A stretch of 64,000 nucleotides of DNA from a bacterium (GTDB lineage: Bacteria > Zhuqueibacterota > Zhuqueibacteria > Oceanimicrobiales > Oceanimicrobiaceae), in assembly GCA_046757525.1 (NCBI GenBank), contig JBHHYI010000001.1, forward strand, positions 31,073-95,072, in the 5' to 3' direction. Made by a program: the position numbers and the translations under genes. Under the pieces are notes generated by a model. That model had not been told where the DNA came from. It saw only the letters and a program-made list of their open reading frames with translations, and made no database searches. Within the stretch, counting starts at the first letter, position 1, and every line of letters begins with the position of its first letter. Of this stretch, positions 47,017 to 56,241 are shown piece after piece.

Positions 47017-48349
47017 GCCAAATTATTCCGTTCGCCACATTTGCGTGAACATACTGGACCGGCTCAACCACAACGGCCACTATGCCGACGAGCTTATCGC
47101 AGAAGCGTTCAAGAGACATTCTTTGCCGCAAGTCGACAGGTCGCTGGTGGTTGAACTCGTAAACGGCACGGTGCGTTGGCAGGGACAACTCGATTGGATT
47201 CTGGCGCGGGGTTTCCGGGGTGACTTTAACCGGTGCGCGAGCAAACTGAGAGCCATTTTGGAGTTGAGTTTGTACCAGATCAGATTTTTGCAAAGAATCC
47301 CCAAATATGCGGCGGTAGACCAGGGCGTGGAGATCGCGAAAGCCGAAGGGGGGAAGTCCTGGGGCAATTTGGTCAACGCGGTTTTGCGGAATTACCTCAG
47401 GCGCGAGAAAACCCTTGAAATGCCTTCTTTTGAAGCAGACGCCACAACAGCATTGGCGGTTCGCCACTCCCATCCGCAATGGATGGTGCAGCGATGGTTA
47501 GATCGTTACGGTTTGGAAGAAACCGAAGAGCTTTGTCGCTTTAACAACCAAAGACCGTGCGTCTGCGTGCGCGTGAATCTGGCCAAAACCTCGCCTGAGC
47601 ACCTACTGCAATATTTTCAAGAAAGGGAGATCGAGGCTCGCCCGTCGATTTATTTTGCCGATTTTATCAAGATTACTCGTCCGGGAGATTTAAACAACTG
47701 CTCAGCGTTTACCAACGGCCAGTTTACCATTCAAGATGAAAGCACGGCCATCGGCAGTCTGTTGTTAGCACCCCAAAAAGGCGAGACCGTTTTAGATTTG
47801 TGCGCGGCGCCTGGAGGCAAGGCGGGCCACTTAGCCCAGTTGCTCGGTGAATCCGGCCGGGTCTTAGCCGTGGATCAGAACTTCAATCGCTTGAGCTTGT
47901 TGCAGGACAATATTGTTAGGTTACAAACAAGACTCATCCGGCCAATCGTGGCCGATGGGCGCCACTTTCAGTGTTCCCCGGTCAACAAAATCCTGTTAGA
48001 CGCTCCTTGTTCTGGCCTGGGCGTTTTGGCCAAACGGGTCGATTTGCGCTGGAGACGAAAACCCAACGATATCGCTAAGGTGAGCCGTTTGCAAAGGTCT
48101 TTGTTGCAAAGCGCCAGTCGACTGGTCAAAAAAGGGGGAGTTTTGGTTTACAACACTTGCACCCTCGAGCCTGAGGAAAATGAAACTGTGGTTGAAGATT
48201 TCCTGGATCGCAATGGGAATTTTAGGTTAGAACCGCTGGCTTTAAGTTGTTTGGAGCCATTCGCGAATTCCCAGGGCTATTTCAGATCCTTACCCCAAAA
48301 GCACAAAATGGACGGAGCTTTTGCGGCAAGATTGTTAAGGATTAACTAG
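47009..48349 (+). CDS. rsmB: 16S rRNA (cytosine967-C5)-methyltransferase RsmB
   Basis: N-terminal NusB-like domain, SAM motif (DLCAAPGGK) and catalytic motifs (DAPCSG; LVYNTCTL). Confidence 0.9.
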   Translation: MNKPNYSVRHICVNILDRLNHNGHYADELIAEAFKRHSLPQVDRSLVVELVNGTVRWQGQLDWILARGFRGDFNRCASKLRAILELSLYQIRFLQRIPKYAAVDQGVEIAKAEGGKSWGNLVNAVLRNYLRREKTLEMPSFEADATTALAVRHSHPQWMVQRWLDRYGLEETEELCRFNNQRPCVCVRVNLAKTSPEHLLQYFQEREIEARPSIYFADFIKITRPGDLNNCSAFTNGQFTIQDESTAIGSLLLAPQKGETVLDLCAAPGGKAGHLAQLLGESGRVLAVDQNFNRLSLLQDNIVRLQTRLIRPIVADGRHFQCSPVNKILLDAPCSGLGVLAKRVDLRWRRKPNDIAKVSRLQRSLLQSASRLVKKGGVLVYNTCTLEPEENETVVEDFLDRNGNFRLEPLALSCLEPFANSQGYFRSLPQKHKMDGAFAARLLRIN

Positions 48350-48503
48350 TGATTGACCGAGACTCCCAAAATGTCATTTCGACGCAGTCCAGCAACTGCC
48401 GGACGGAGGAGAAATCTGGTTACATTGGTGCTTAGCCAGATTTCTCATCAGGCATTCGCCTGATTCGAAATGACAGTCGTTAGATGAGTTTTCGGTCAAT
48501 CAC
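48349..48503. repeat. about 155-bp nested inverted-repeat (MITE/REP-like) element between rsmB and the PASTA gene
   Basis: Outer inverted repeat gtgattgaccga / tcggtcaatcac. Inner inverted repeat tgtcatttcga / tcgaaatgaca. Internal stems gagaaatctgg / ccagatttctc and tcaggc / gcctga. Confidence 0.6.
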
Positions 48504-48535
48504 TAACTTAAAGTATGAATTAAGAGCCAATAATC

Positions 48536-49318
48536 ATGGCCACTCTCAAAGAACGAGCATTGCACCTATTGACTCCCAAGCGAGTAGCGATCCTGGCCTT
48601 GCTCACGGGCGTCTTATTAGGGGTCACTATTCTATTTGACCAGGTCCTCATGCCCTGGTATACGCGGCACGATCAGGCCCTGGAAGTGCCAAACCTGGTG
48701 GGTAAGCGATTCGAAAGCGCCAAAGAGCTTTTGGACGCAGCCGGTTTGGAAATCGTCAAGAAGGGCGAGAAGTATGACTCGGCGTGGCCGTTCGGCTATG
48801 TGGTGGACCAGAACCCACACGCATTGAGGAAGGTCAAGAATGGCCGACGGGTTTATGTGACTCTGAGCCTTGGCGACCGTGAGCTGCAAGTGCCGGACCT
48901 CATGGGACTGTCTGAAACCAACGCTGAGGAACGATTAAAGAGCCTGGGGCTTCGGATCGGGGAACGAGAATACGAATACGTTGCCAACGAACCGTCCGAT
49001 ATCGTCATCGCCCAGTCGTTGCCACCGAACCGAATGGTGAAAACTGGCACCGCCGTTGACATAAAGGTCAGTCTGGGCAAGGCGGCTGGCAGCGCTCGAG
49101 TTCCGTCAATTCTGGGCAAAACCCTGGAGACCGCCAAAAGGGAAATAAGAAAATCGGGGCTGGTTCTGGGTCATGTACAGTTCCGCCTGACCAACGAATT
49201 CTTGCCGAACACAGTCATCTGGCAGTCCCTTACGACGGGCACAAAGGTAACCCGCGGGGACACTTTAGACCTCATCGTGACCACGGTGAGCCAATCAAAG
49301 CGGAGCTTGAAACAATGA
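48536..49318 (+). CDS. membrane-anchored PASTA-domain protein (three PASTA repeats, no kinase or PBP domain)
   Basis: N-terminal TM followed by three repeats of about 65 aa beginning VPNLVG / VPDLMG / VPSILG. Confidence 0.8.
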   Translation: MATLKERALHLLTPKRVAILALLTGVLLGVTILFDQVLMPWYTRHDQALEVPNLVGKRFESAKELLDAAGLEIVKKGEKYDSAWPFGYVVDQNPHALRKVKNGRRVYVTLSLGDRELQVPDLMGLSETNAEERLKSLGLRIGEREYEYVANEPSDIVIAQSLPPNRMVKTGTAVDIKVSLGKAAGSARVPSILGKTLETAKREIRKSGLVLGHVQFRLTNEFLPNTVIWQSLTTGTKVTRGDTLDLIVTTVSQSKRSLKQ

Positions 49319-49974
49319 TCAAGATCGCGCCTTCTATTCTGGCAGCAGACTTCTCGGTGCTAAGAGACCAAATCCAAATCGCCGAAGAAGCGGGAGCCGA
49401 TTGGTTGCATCTGGACGTCATGGACGGCCACTTTGTACCGAACTTAACCTTTGGGCCGTTGCTGGTAGAGGCTGTTAATAGAATCACCGACTTGCCTTTG
49501 GATGTTCATCTAATGATCGAGAATCCCGACGCCTACATCCACCAGTTCCGCGAGGCAGGTGCGGACATCATTTCCGTGCATGCAGAAGCCTGTGTGCATC
49601 TGAACCGGACGCTCAACTTGATCAGAGACGCCGGGGCGCAAGGGGGCGTGGCTCTCAACCCGGCCACACCCATCGGTTTCTTAGATGACGTTCTGGACGA
49701 CACCGACCTGGTGTTAGTCATGACCGTCAATCCGGGATTCGGCGGTCAGTCGTTTATTGCCCATTCCGCCGACAAAATCCAACGTATTGCCCGCAAACTC
49801 GAGCAGGCTGAACTTTCGATTTTCATAGAGGTCGACGGTGGCATCGATAAGATTACCGCGCCACAGGTGGTAGCGGCTGGCGCTAATGTGTTGGTGTCCG
49901 GCTCCGCCATCTTTGCCTCTGAGGATATCTCCCGGGCCCTGAAGGCGATAAGGGCGTCGGTAGCGGGTCTGTAG
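49315..49974 (+). CDS. rpe: ribulose-phosphate 3-epimerase
   Basis: IAPSILAADF, HLDVMDGHFVPN and VMTVNPGFGGQ motifs. Confidence 0.9.
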   Translation: MIKIAPSILAADFSVLRDQIQIAEEAGADWLHLDVMDGHFVPNLTFGPLLVEAVNRITDLPLDVHLMIENPDAYIHQFREAGADIISVHAEACVHLNRTLNLIRDAGAQGGVALNPATPIGFLDDVLDDTDLVLVMTVNPGFGGQSFIAHSADKIQRIARKLEQAELSIFIEVDGGIDKITAPQVVAAGANVLVSGSAIFASEDISRALKAIRASVAGL

Positions 49975-50024
49975 CTCGCATGATTCACAAACTTTCAGTT
50001 TTTTGCTGCGCGTTCTACTGATGG

Positions 50025-50064
50025 TGTCATTTCGAGTCAGGCGGCTGCCTGACTCGAAATGACA
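50025..50064. repeat. perfect 18-bp-stem palindrome sharing the TGTCATTTCGA termini of the 48349-48503 element
   Basis: tgtcatttcgagtcaggc-ggct-gcctgactcgaaatgaca. No U-run follows it. Confidence 0.7.
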
Positions 50065-50321
50065 GTTTGGGGGCTTAAGTTGATGCCGATGGGCGTATGC
50101 CGGATTAATCGGGAATCTTGTGCCTAATTCTCGAATGCATTCCTGCTTACACCATGCAGCAATGACATTCATTGGGCCAATAGATGAAATTCACAATAGT
50201 TTAGTTATTGGATGGCGGATAAACGGGGATGTAATCAAGATTATCTGGGGGTATTACCTTGACGCAGTTACCTACCGTGACGTATTGCCAATCGTATTCT
50301 CAGTCCAGGATAGTTAAGGTG

Positions 50322-51497
50322 TCAATACTTCTTAGCAACGGTTTTATACGCGTCTCTAAATGGCATCCCTCCTTTAACTAATTTATAGACCGCTTCCGTC
50401 GCATAAACTTCTTCGGTCATCGCTTTTGCACAATTGTCCTCGTTGACTTTGAGATTCTGGAAAATGAGGCTCATGATTTCAATACTGGCCCTTGTAATTT
50501 CAAAGGCCTGCATGATTGGTTTTTTGGTAAGTTGTAAGTCTCGATGATAGCCTGATATCAAGTTACCGATGATATTCTTGATTTGGAATTCCTGTGACAC
50601 GACGATGTGGCATCTTGCTCGCAGCAGCTCCAACACATCCGGGTTCTTTTTTTGTGGCATAATCGAACTGCCTGTGCAAAAATCCTCAGGCAATTCGAAA
50701 TACCCGAACTCCGGCATGCTGAATACGATTAAGTCGGAGGCTATTTTATTTAAATCGAACATGATTTGACTTAACGCGTGCAGTATGGTGGATTCAAATT
50801 TCCCGCGGCTGTTTTGACAGTAAATCGGGTTTTGTTGCAGCTTTTTAAAACCCAATAACTCAGTCGTCATATCTCTATTTATTTTCAGAGGGATGCCATA
50901 GCCGGCGCCAGTTCCTAACGGTGATTGATCCACTAATTCAAGTGAAAGTTCAACTACTTTCAGGTTGTCATTCATTGAATCGATAAACGAAGTTCCCCAC
51001 ATGCTAACCGCGGAGGGCATGGCTTTTCTTGTATGGGAATATCCTGGAAATATTATTTCTCCGTACTTTTTGCTAAAATTAGCGATTGCTTTGATTAGTC
51101 GCTCCACCGATTTCTTGCATTCATTCAGCTCATGCTTATAAAACAATCTCAATGCCGTCAACACCTGGTCGTTTCTCGACCGTGCGGTATGTATCTTCTT
51201 ACCCAAATCGCCTAACTTTTTTACCAGATGGTTCTCGATGGCGGTGTGACAATCCTCTTGTTCTTTCCGAATCTTGAATTTGCCCTTCTTATCTAAGTGG
51301 ATAATGTGGTTTAGTTCCCGTTCGAGTTTTTGCACCTCTTGTTCGTTCAAAATGCCAACCGTGCCCAGCATCTTAGCGTGGGCAATCGAAGCTATGCAGT
51401 CGTATTTCACTAATTTCTGGTCCAGAATAAAGTCATCATCCACGGTGAAGTCTTCGATCTGTTTATTTGGGTGGGTGTGCGTTTGCCAAAGTTTCAT
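50322..51497 (-). CDS. argH: argininosuccinate lyase (short, about 391 aa, C-terminal part apparently missing)
   Basis: Fumarate-lyase signature [12 protein letters not shown]. About 41% GC versus about 53% in flanking DNA. Start placed at MKLWQ, overlapping the argG 3' end. Confidence 0.8.
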   Translation of the reverse strand: MKLWQTHTHPNKQIEDFTVDDDFILDQKLVKYDCIASIAHAKMLGTVGILNEQEVQKLERELNHIIHLDKKGKFKIRKEQEDCHTAIENHLVKKLGDLGKKIHTARSRNDQVLTALRLFYKHELNECKKSVERLIKAIANFSKKYGEIIFPGYSHTRKAMPSAVSMWGTSFIDSMNDNLKVVELSLELVDQSPLGTGAGYGIPLKINRDMTTELLGFKKLQQNPIYCQNSRGKFESTILHALSQIMFDLNKIASDLIVFSMPEFGYFELPEDFCTGSSIMPQKKNPDVLELLRARCHIVVSQEFQIKNIIGNLISGYHRDLQLTKKPIMQAFEITRASIEIMSLIFQNLKVNEDNCAKAMTEEVYATEAVYKLVKGGMPFRDAYKTVAKKY

Positions 51498-52743
51498 ATT
51501 TTCGCCAATCATACGGTTTTCTCTTGCGTAACACAAGATGGTGAGCTTTTAATCTAATGGCATTAATGTTGATAAAGCCGCGCGAGTCTGTTGCGTCAAA
51601 TCCACCTTCGACTTCCATACTGGAGAGGTCCTGTTCGTAAAGAGATGTGGGGGATTCTCTGCCGATTATATTCACACTGCCTTTGTACAGAGAAAGAAGG
51701 ACTCTGCCGTCGATGGCTTCTTGACTTTTGTTGAAAGCGCTCATGATAAAATCCATTTCCGGTGAAAACCAAAAGCCATTATAAATCAATTCAGAAAATT
51801 TTGGTATCAGCATGTCCCGCAAGTGCATAACTTCTTTGTCCATGGCAATGCCTTCCAGGTCTCTGTGGGCTTCCCAAAGAATAGTAGCCCCGGGAGATTC
51901 ATAAATACCTCTGGATTTTATCCCAATAAACCGATTTTCAACCATATCCACTCTGCCGATTCCATTTTCGCTGCCCAAATCATTTAAATACATGAATAGT
52001 TCCAGGGGCTTATCCTTGACAATCTCTTTATTTTTGTTGATGACCTTTACCGGGAAGCCATTCTTAAAATGAATCTCGACGATCGTCTCCTCGTCGGGCG
52101 TTTGCTTGATCGATTTGGTCATGGAAAATATATTTTCAGGCGGCCGATAAAATGTGTTTTCCAAAACGCCGGCTTCGTGGCTTATGTGCATCAAGTTTTC
52201 ATCTTCGCTGTACGGTTTTTCTTTGGAGGCTTTCACCGAAATGTTCCATTTTTTGGCATAATTCAATAAGTCACTTCTCCCCTTGAATTCTTCTAAGAAT
52301 TCCGGATCCTTCCACGGGGAGACTATTTTGATGTCAGGATTTAGAGCGTAGTAAGTAAGTTCAAATCTCACCTGATCATTTCCTTTGCCTGTGGCCCCAT
52401 GGGAAACAAATTCTGCGTTCTCGATTTCAGCAATTTCAATTTGTTTTTTCGAAAGTAGGGGTCTCGCTAAGGAGGTGCCGAGCAAGTACCTGCCCTCATA
52501 AAGTGCGTTGCCTCGCAGCGCAGGGAAGATGTAATCTGTGACAAACACTTCTCTCAGATCTTCTGTAAAAACTTTAGAAGCTCCGGTTGCAAGCGCTTTT
52601 TGTTCAAGCGCTTTGAAATCCTCTTGTTGTCCAACGTTGCCTACGAAACAAATTACCTCAAATCCTTTATTAAGCAACCATTTTAAAATTACAGACGTGT
52701 CCAGTCCGCCACTATAAGCCAGGATCAGTTTTTTCGTTGCCAT
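51463..52743 (-). CDS. argG: argininosuccinate synthase
   Basis: [12 protein letters not shown]-loop, 426 aa, low GC like argH. Confidence 0.9.
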   Translation of the reverse strand: MATKKLILAYSGGLDTSVILKWLLNKGFEVICFVGNVGQQEDFKALEQKALATGASKVFTEDLREVFVTDYIFPALRGNALYEGRYLLGTSLARPLLSKKQIEIAEIENAEFVSHGATGKGNDQVRFELTYYALNPDIKIVSPWKDPEFLEEFKGRSDLLNYAKKWNISVKASKEKPYSEDENLMHISHEAGVLENTFYRPPENIFSMTKSIKQTPDEETIVEIHFKNGFPVKVINKNKEIVKDKPLELFMYLNDLGSENGIGRVDMVENRFIGIKSRGIYESPGATILWEAHRDLEGIAMDKEVMHLRDMLIPKFSELIYNGFWFSPEMDFIMSAFNKSQEAIDGRVLLSLYKGSVNIIGRESPTSLYEQDLSSMEVEGGFDATDSRGFININAIRLKAHHLVLRKRKPYDWRKYETLANAHPPK

Positions 52744-52745
52744 AA

Positions 52746-53735
52746 TTAATCACGATCGTTTTGGTTATGCATGAGTTTATGCCGCTTCTCCAAGAGCGCG
52801 TCAATTGCGGAGATGGTTTCCCTGGGAAGTTTCCAGTCACCCGCCCCAATGGTTTGCTCAATTTGCACTTGACGCCTCGCTCCCACAATCGCGGCGGTGA
52901 CTTCAGGGCGCCGCAGCACCCAGGCGATTGCAAGCTGGGCAACGGACTTCCCATGTTCCTCGGCCAGCGACCTCAGAGCGTCCACGAACGCCAGATTCGA
53001 GCTCAGCTCAGGCTCCCGGAATCGGCTGTCAACCGTTCGTCTGTGGTCCGCCTCCGGCAACGCTTCTACCCATTCTCGGGTAAACTTGTCCGTCAAAATA
53101 CCTTTCTGCAAGGGACTGTAAGGGATGACCCCGATGTTTTTTGCTGAACAATAATCCAGCAGATTATTTTCAACGTTGCGTTCAAGCATGCTGTACGGCG
53201 GCTGCACCGAAGCCACCAGGTGAATCGCTGCAATGCGCTCGAGTTGTTTTACACTAAAATTGCACACGGCGGCATACCGGATTTTCCCTTCTTCGACCAA
53301 CTCTGCTAATGCGCCCCAGGCTTCTTCGATATCATTTTTCGGGTCTGGCCAGTGAATTTGATAGAGATCGATCGCCTCGATTTGCAGTCGTCTTAAGCTG
53401 GCCTCTACTTCAGCCCGAACACTCGCTCGTTTTAATCTTCCGAAAACGTTGCCGTCTTTATCCCAGGCCAGGCCGCATTTGGTGGCAAGGATGGGCTTAG
53501 CGCTCCTGCCTTTAATGGCTTGGCCCACGACTTCCTCAGCGTGACCCAACCCGTAGACCGGGGCGGTGTCAATCCAATTGACGCCTAAATCAAGCGCACG
53601 TTGGATAGTAGTGATCGATTCTTGATCATCCTGTGGGCCCCAGCCAAAAGGCCAGCCGCCACCGCCGATAGCCCAGGTGCCGAGTCCAATAGGAGTCAAT
53701 TCTAAATCTGTGGAGCCTAATTTTTTTGTTTGCAT
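52746..53735 (-). CDS. aldo/keto reductase family oxidoreductase
   Basis: LGTWAIGG and WIDTAPVYG motifs. Start placed at MQTKKLG (53735). The rest of the tracked ORF is 5' leader. Confidence 0.8.
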   Translation of the reverse strand: MQTKKLGSTDLELTPIGLGTWAIGGGGWPFGWGPQDDQESITTIQRALDLGVNWIDTAPVYGLGHAEEVVGQAIKGRSAKPILATKCGLAWDKDGNVFGRLKRASVRAEVEASLRRLQIEAIDLYQIHWPDPKNDIEEAWGALAELVEEGKIRYAAVCNFSVKQLERIAAIHLVASVQPPYSMLERNVENNLLDYCSAKNIGVIPYSPLQKGILTDKFTREWVEALPEADHRRTVDSRFREPELSSNLAFVDALRSLAEEHGKSVAQLAIAWVLRRPEVTAAIVGARRQVQIEQTIGAGDWKLPRETISAIDALLEKRHKLMHNQNDRD

Positions 53736-53779
53736 GGTTTTTCGAAGCTTTGTGCGCGTTTTTACACTAAAGAAAACGA

Positions 53780-53995
53780 CTGAAGTGGTTCTTAGAAACA
53801 ATGTGCAAGTCATCCCGAGTAGGTCACCGCTGTTCAGGTGACCGTATCGAGGGGTGACGGGCTTCGATACGTCCCGACCAAAAAGCGGTAGGGACCAAAC
53901 GGTGACCTTCTTTGAGAAGGTTACCGTTTGACAACCCCGCCCTCGCAATCGAGACGATTGCGTTACGTGCAACAGAGCGTTTCCTGAGAGTGTAC
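53780..53995 (+). repeat. structured intergenic repeat element, copy B
   Basis: Positions 53802-53872 are about 90% identical to 26883-26953. Contains a 15-bp hairpin (53905-53937) and the shared 3' hairpin cgcaatcg-aga-cgattgcg (53944-53962). Confidence 0.6.
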
Positions 53996-54315
53996 TAATA
54001 TGTTAAATAAATGAAAGCATGTCAAGAGAAAAGTTTGTCCAATGATTCGCGCAAAAGCTTCTCAGTGGGTTTATTTGCACCAACAGGGCCTGGCTTTGGT
54101 CAAACGAGTGAATCCAAAGCCTCACAAAGGTTCAGAACCTTCGCGAGGCGGGCGCAGCCCAAACTTGTCGCAGCGACGGTCGAATGCTAAGGCTTATGCC
54201 GGGTCGGTGGCTGTGGTTCCTATTTTTTCAGGGGTACCAAATCAAGGGCGGGTTTTGATGGGTTGGGACGAAACGTGTGCGCATGCCCGGGCTGCGCAGT
54301 AACCCCAAAAATTTC

Positions 54316-54344
54316 TTGACAAATAGCAAGATATTAATTATATT
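54316..54344 (+). promoter_or_regulatory. sigma-70-like promoter for the cold-shock gene
   Basis: TTGACA (54316-54321), 17-nt spacer, TATATT (54339-54344), about 95-nt leader. Confidence 0.5.
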
Positions 54345-54441
54345 GCAATCGTTTAACGGTGAATAGGCAGTTTGGTCTACATAATATTACAAAGGGGTTT
54401 TATGTAGATCAAGCGGCACAAAAGGAGGAGGAGTGCACAGC

Positions 54442-54642
54442 ATGTTTAGAGGTAAAGTCAAATGGTTCAACGACAACAAAGGTTATGGTTTCATTGAACA
54501 CGAAAACGGGGAGGATGTATTCGTCCACTTTTCTGTTATTGAGATGGATGGTTACAAAACCTTGCAAGAAGGCATAGAAGTGGAATATGAATGCATAAAC
54601 GGCGAAAAGGGCCTGCACGCTACGCGCGTAACCAAGATTTAG
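54442..54642 (+). CDS. cold-shock protein (CspA family)
   Basis: [18 protein letters not shown] with RNP1/RNP2 motifs. 66 aa. Confidence 0.9.
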   Translation: MFRGKVKWFNDNKGYGFIEHENGEDVFVHFSVIEMDGYKTLQEGIEVEYECINGEKGLHATRVTKI

Positions 54643-54703
54643 TTCCCGACTTCTGTGAACCAATTTCCATGCTACCTACCTATCTACATAAACATTCTTG
54701 ACG

Positions 54704-54731
54704 ACCCCGATTCCTGATCGGGGTTTTGTAT
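54704..54731 (+). terminator. rho-independent terminator after csp
   Basis: accccgat-tcctg-atcggggt stem followed by TTTGTAT. Confidence 0.7.
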
Positions 54732-54756
54732 ATACGCTTGAATTAACGTCGGAGCG

Positions 54757-55224
54757 TTGATTGTGAGATTCTCTAAGAAGGACATCGACAAAATTGGCAA
54801 GGTGTTAGGCGTTCAAGCCAAGCTTTGGGGAAACAATTATCGCTTTATGCTCGAAAACAGAGAGGCCGGCAGAAAGCTTTCCTTGGAAATCTATCCTAAC
54901 ATTCCAATCGGCAAACAGACCGGAAACCTGGTCAGCGTTTACACCCACAACTCCCATTTGCAGCTTCACTTTTGCACCGGATACGTCGTCAGTGAGATGT
55001 TGGGTGAGGTTACTTTTGTAGGCGAGTTTCAAGGACGCCTCTCGGGTCTGATTATCGAAAAAGAGGCGGGCTGTTCTCTCTACGCCAATGTTGATTCAAA
55101 TCTTCTTTCCGGCGATCTCACGAAACTTGGCCCAGAAGTCATGCTTTCCGGCATTGCTTTATCTCTTACCGAAGGCATTCTGCCGGGCGGAGAGGAGGCA
55201 CATTCCGAAGAAAGAGAATCTTAA
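54757..55224 (+). CDS. hypothetical protein
   Basis: 155-aa open frame between csp and the xerD-like gene. No recognisable motif. Confidence 0.35.
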   Translation: MIVRFSKKDIDKIGKVLGVQAKLWGNNYRFMLENREAGRKLSLEIYPNIPIGKQTGNLVSVYTHNSHLQLHFCTGYVVSEMLGEVTFVGEFQGRLSGLIIEKEAGCSLYANVDSNLLSGDLTKLGPEVMLSGIALSLTEGILPGGEEAHSEERES

Positions 55225-55293
55225 CACCCGGCATTGATACTGGTGACGAGATCGCATGGCGTCGATGGCAATCTCTTTTTGAAGAATAATGGG

Positions 55294-56220
55294 ATGTTGA
55301 ATTACTTAGACGAATTCCTGAACTTTCTCCGGGTTGAAAAGAATGCCGCTGCCAACACCGTCCAGTCCTACCAGAATGATCTGAATCGCTATTTGAGTTT
55401 TCTGGCGGATAGGGGCTTTGCCAATTTGGAAGATGTCAAAGCCGCAGATATTCTCTCCTTGATCAATAGCTTGCACCAGTTGGGTTTTGCTTCCGCCAGC
55501 AACGCCAGAAATTTATCCGCCATCCGAATGTTCCACCGTTTTTTGCTTGGAGAAGGCCACGTAAAAGTCGATCCTACCCTGAACATTAGCTTCCCCAAGC
55601 TGTCGAAAAAGCTGCCCGCAGTCCTGACTCAACCGGAAATCGAATCCATTTTGAGCCAACCGGTTCTTTCCACGAAAAAGGGTCTGCGCGACAAGGCGAT
55701 GTTGGAGTTCTTGTACGCTACCGGAACACGGGTTTCGGAGCTGATCGCCACTCGTTGTCAGGATTTGTTTTTTGCCGAGGGATTCATTCGAGTGGTGGGA
55801 AAAGGGTCGAAGGAACGCATCGTCCCCATTGGCGAGCAAGCTATATTCTACACGACCTCCTATTTAACGCAAGTGCGGTGTCACGTAGCCCAGAGAGGTC
55901 TCAGCAAGGATGTGGTGTTCTTGAATTTCCGCGGCAAGCCGCTTTCGAGGATGGGTGTCTGGAAGGTCCTGCGTGCTTATGTCGTCAAGGCGGGCATTAC
56001 GAAAAAAGTTTCGCCGCATACGTTCAGGCACTCGTTTGCTACCCATCTCATAGAAGGGGGAGCTGACCTGCGTGCTGTGCAGGAAATGCTGGGCCATGCG
56101 GATATTTCCACAACGCAAATCTACACGCACCTGGATCGTGAGTACCTGAAAGAGGTGCATCGGCTGTTTCATCCCCTGGAAAAGTATGGCAACAAAGCGA
56201 AGAGGGTGTTACAAACATGA
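55294..56220 (+). CDS. tyrosine site-specific recombinase (XerD-like)
   Basis: R...HxxR...Y catalytic set (HTFRHSFATHL, LGHADISTTQIYTHL). Confidence 0.8.
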   Translation: MLNYLDEFLNFLRVEKNAAANTVQSYQNDLNRYLSFLADRGFANLEDVKAADILSLINSLHQLGFASASNARNLSAIRMFHRFLLGEGHVKVDPTLNISFPKLSKKLPAVLTQPEIESILSQPVLSTKKGLRDKAMLEFLYATGTRVSELIATRCQDLFFAEGFIRVVGKGSKERIVPIGEQAIFYTTSYLTQVRCHVAQRGLSKDVVFLNFRGKPLSRMGVWKVLRAYVVKAGITKKVSPHTFRHSFATHLIEGGADLRAVQEMLGHADISTTQIYTHLDREYLKEVHRLFHPLEKYGNKAKRVLQT

Positions 56221-56241
56221 AGGACAACGATTGTTTTAGCC

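Noticed and set aside
50025-50064. The perfect 18-bp hairpin as a rho-independent terminator of rpe
   Set aside because: No U-run follows on either strand, and it shares termini with the 48349 element. A repeat-element derivative fits better than a terminator.
52746-53972. Full 408-aa extent of the minus-strand AKR ORF
   Set aside because: The first 79 codons run through the repeat-element region and do not resemble AKR N-termini. The AKR domain begins at MQTKKLG (53735).
54042-54302. 86-aa plus-strand ORF in the AKR-csp intergenic region
   Set aside because: Gly/Arg/Pro-rich low-complexity translation of a GC-rich, palindrome-rich spacer. No RBS. More likely non-coding.
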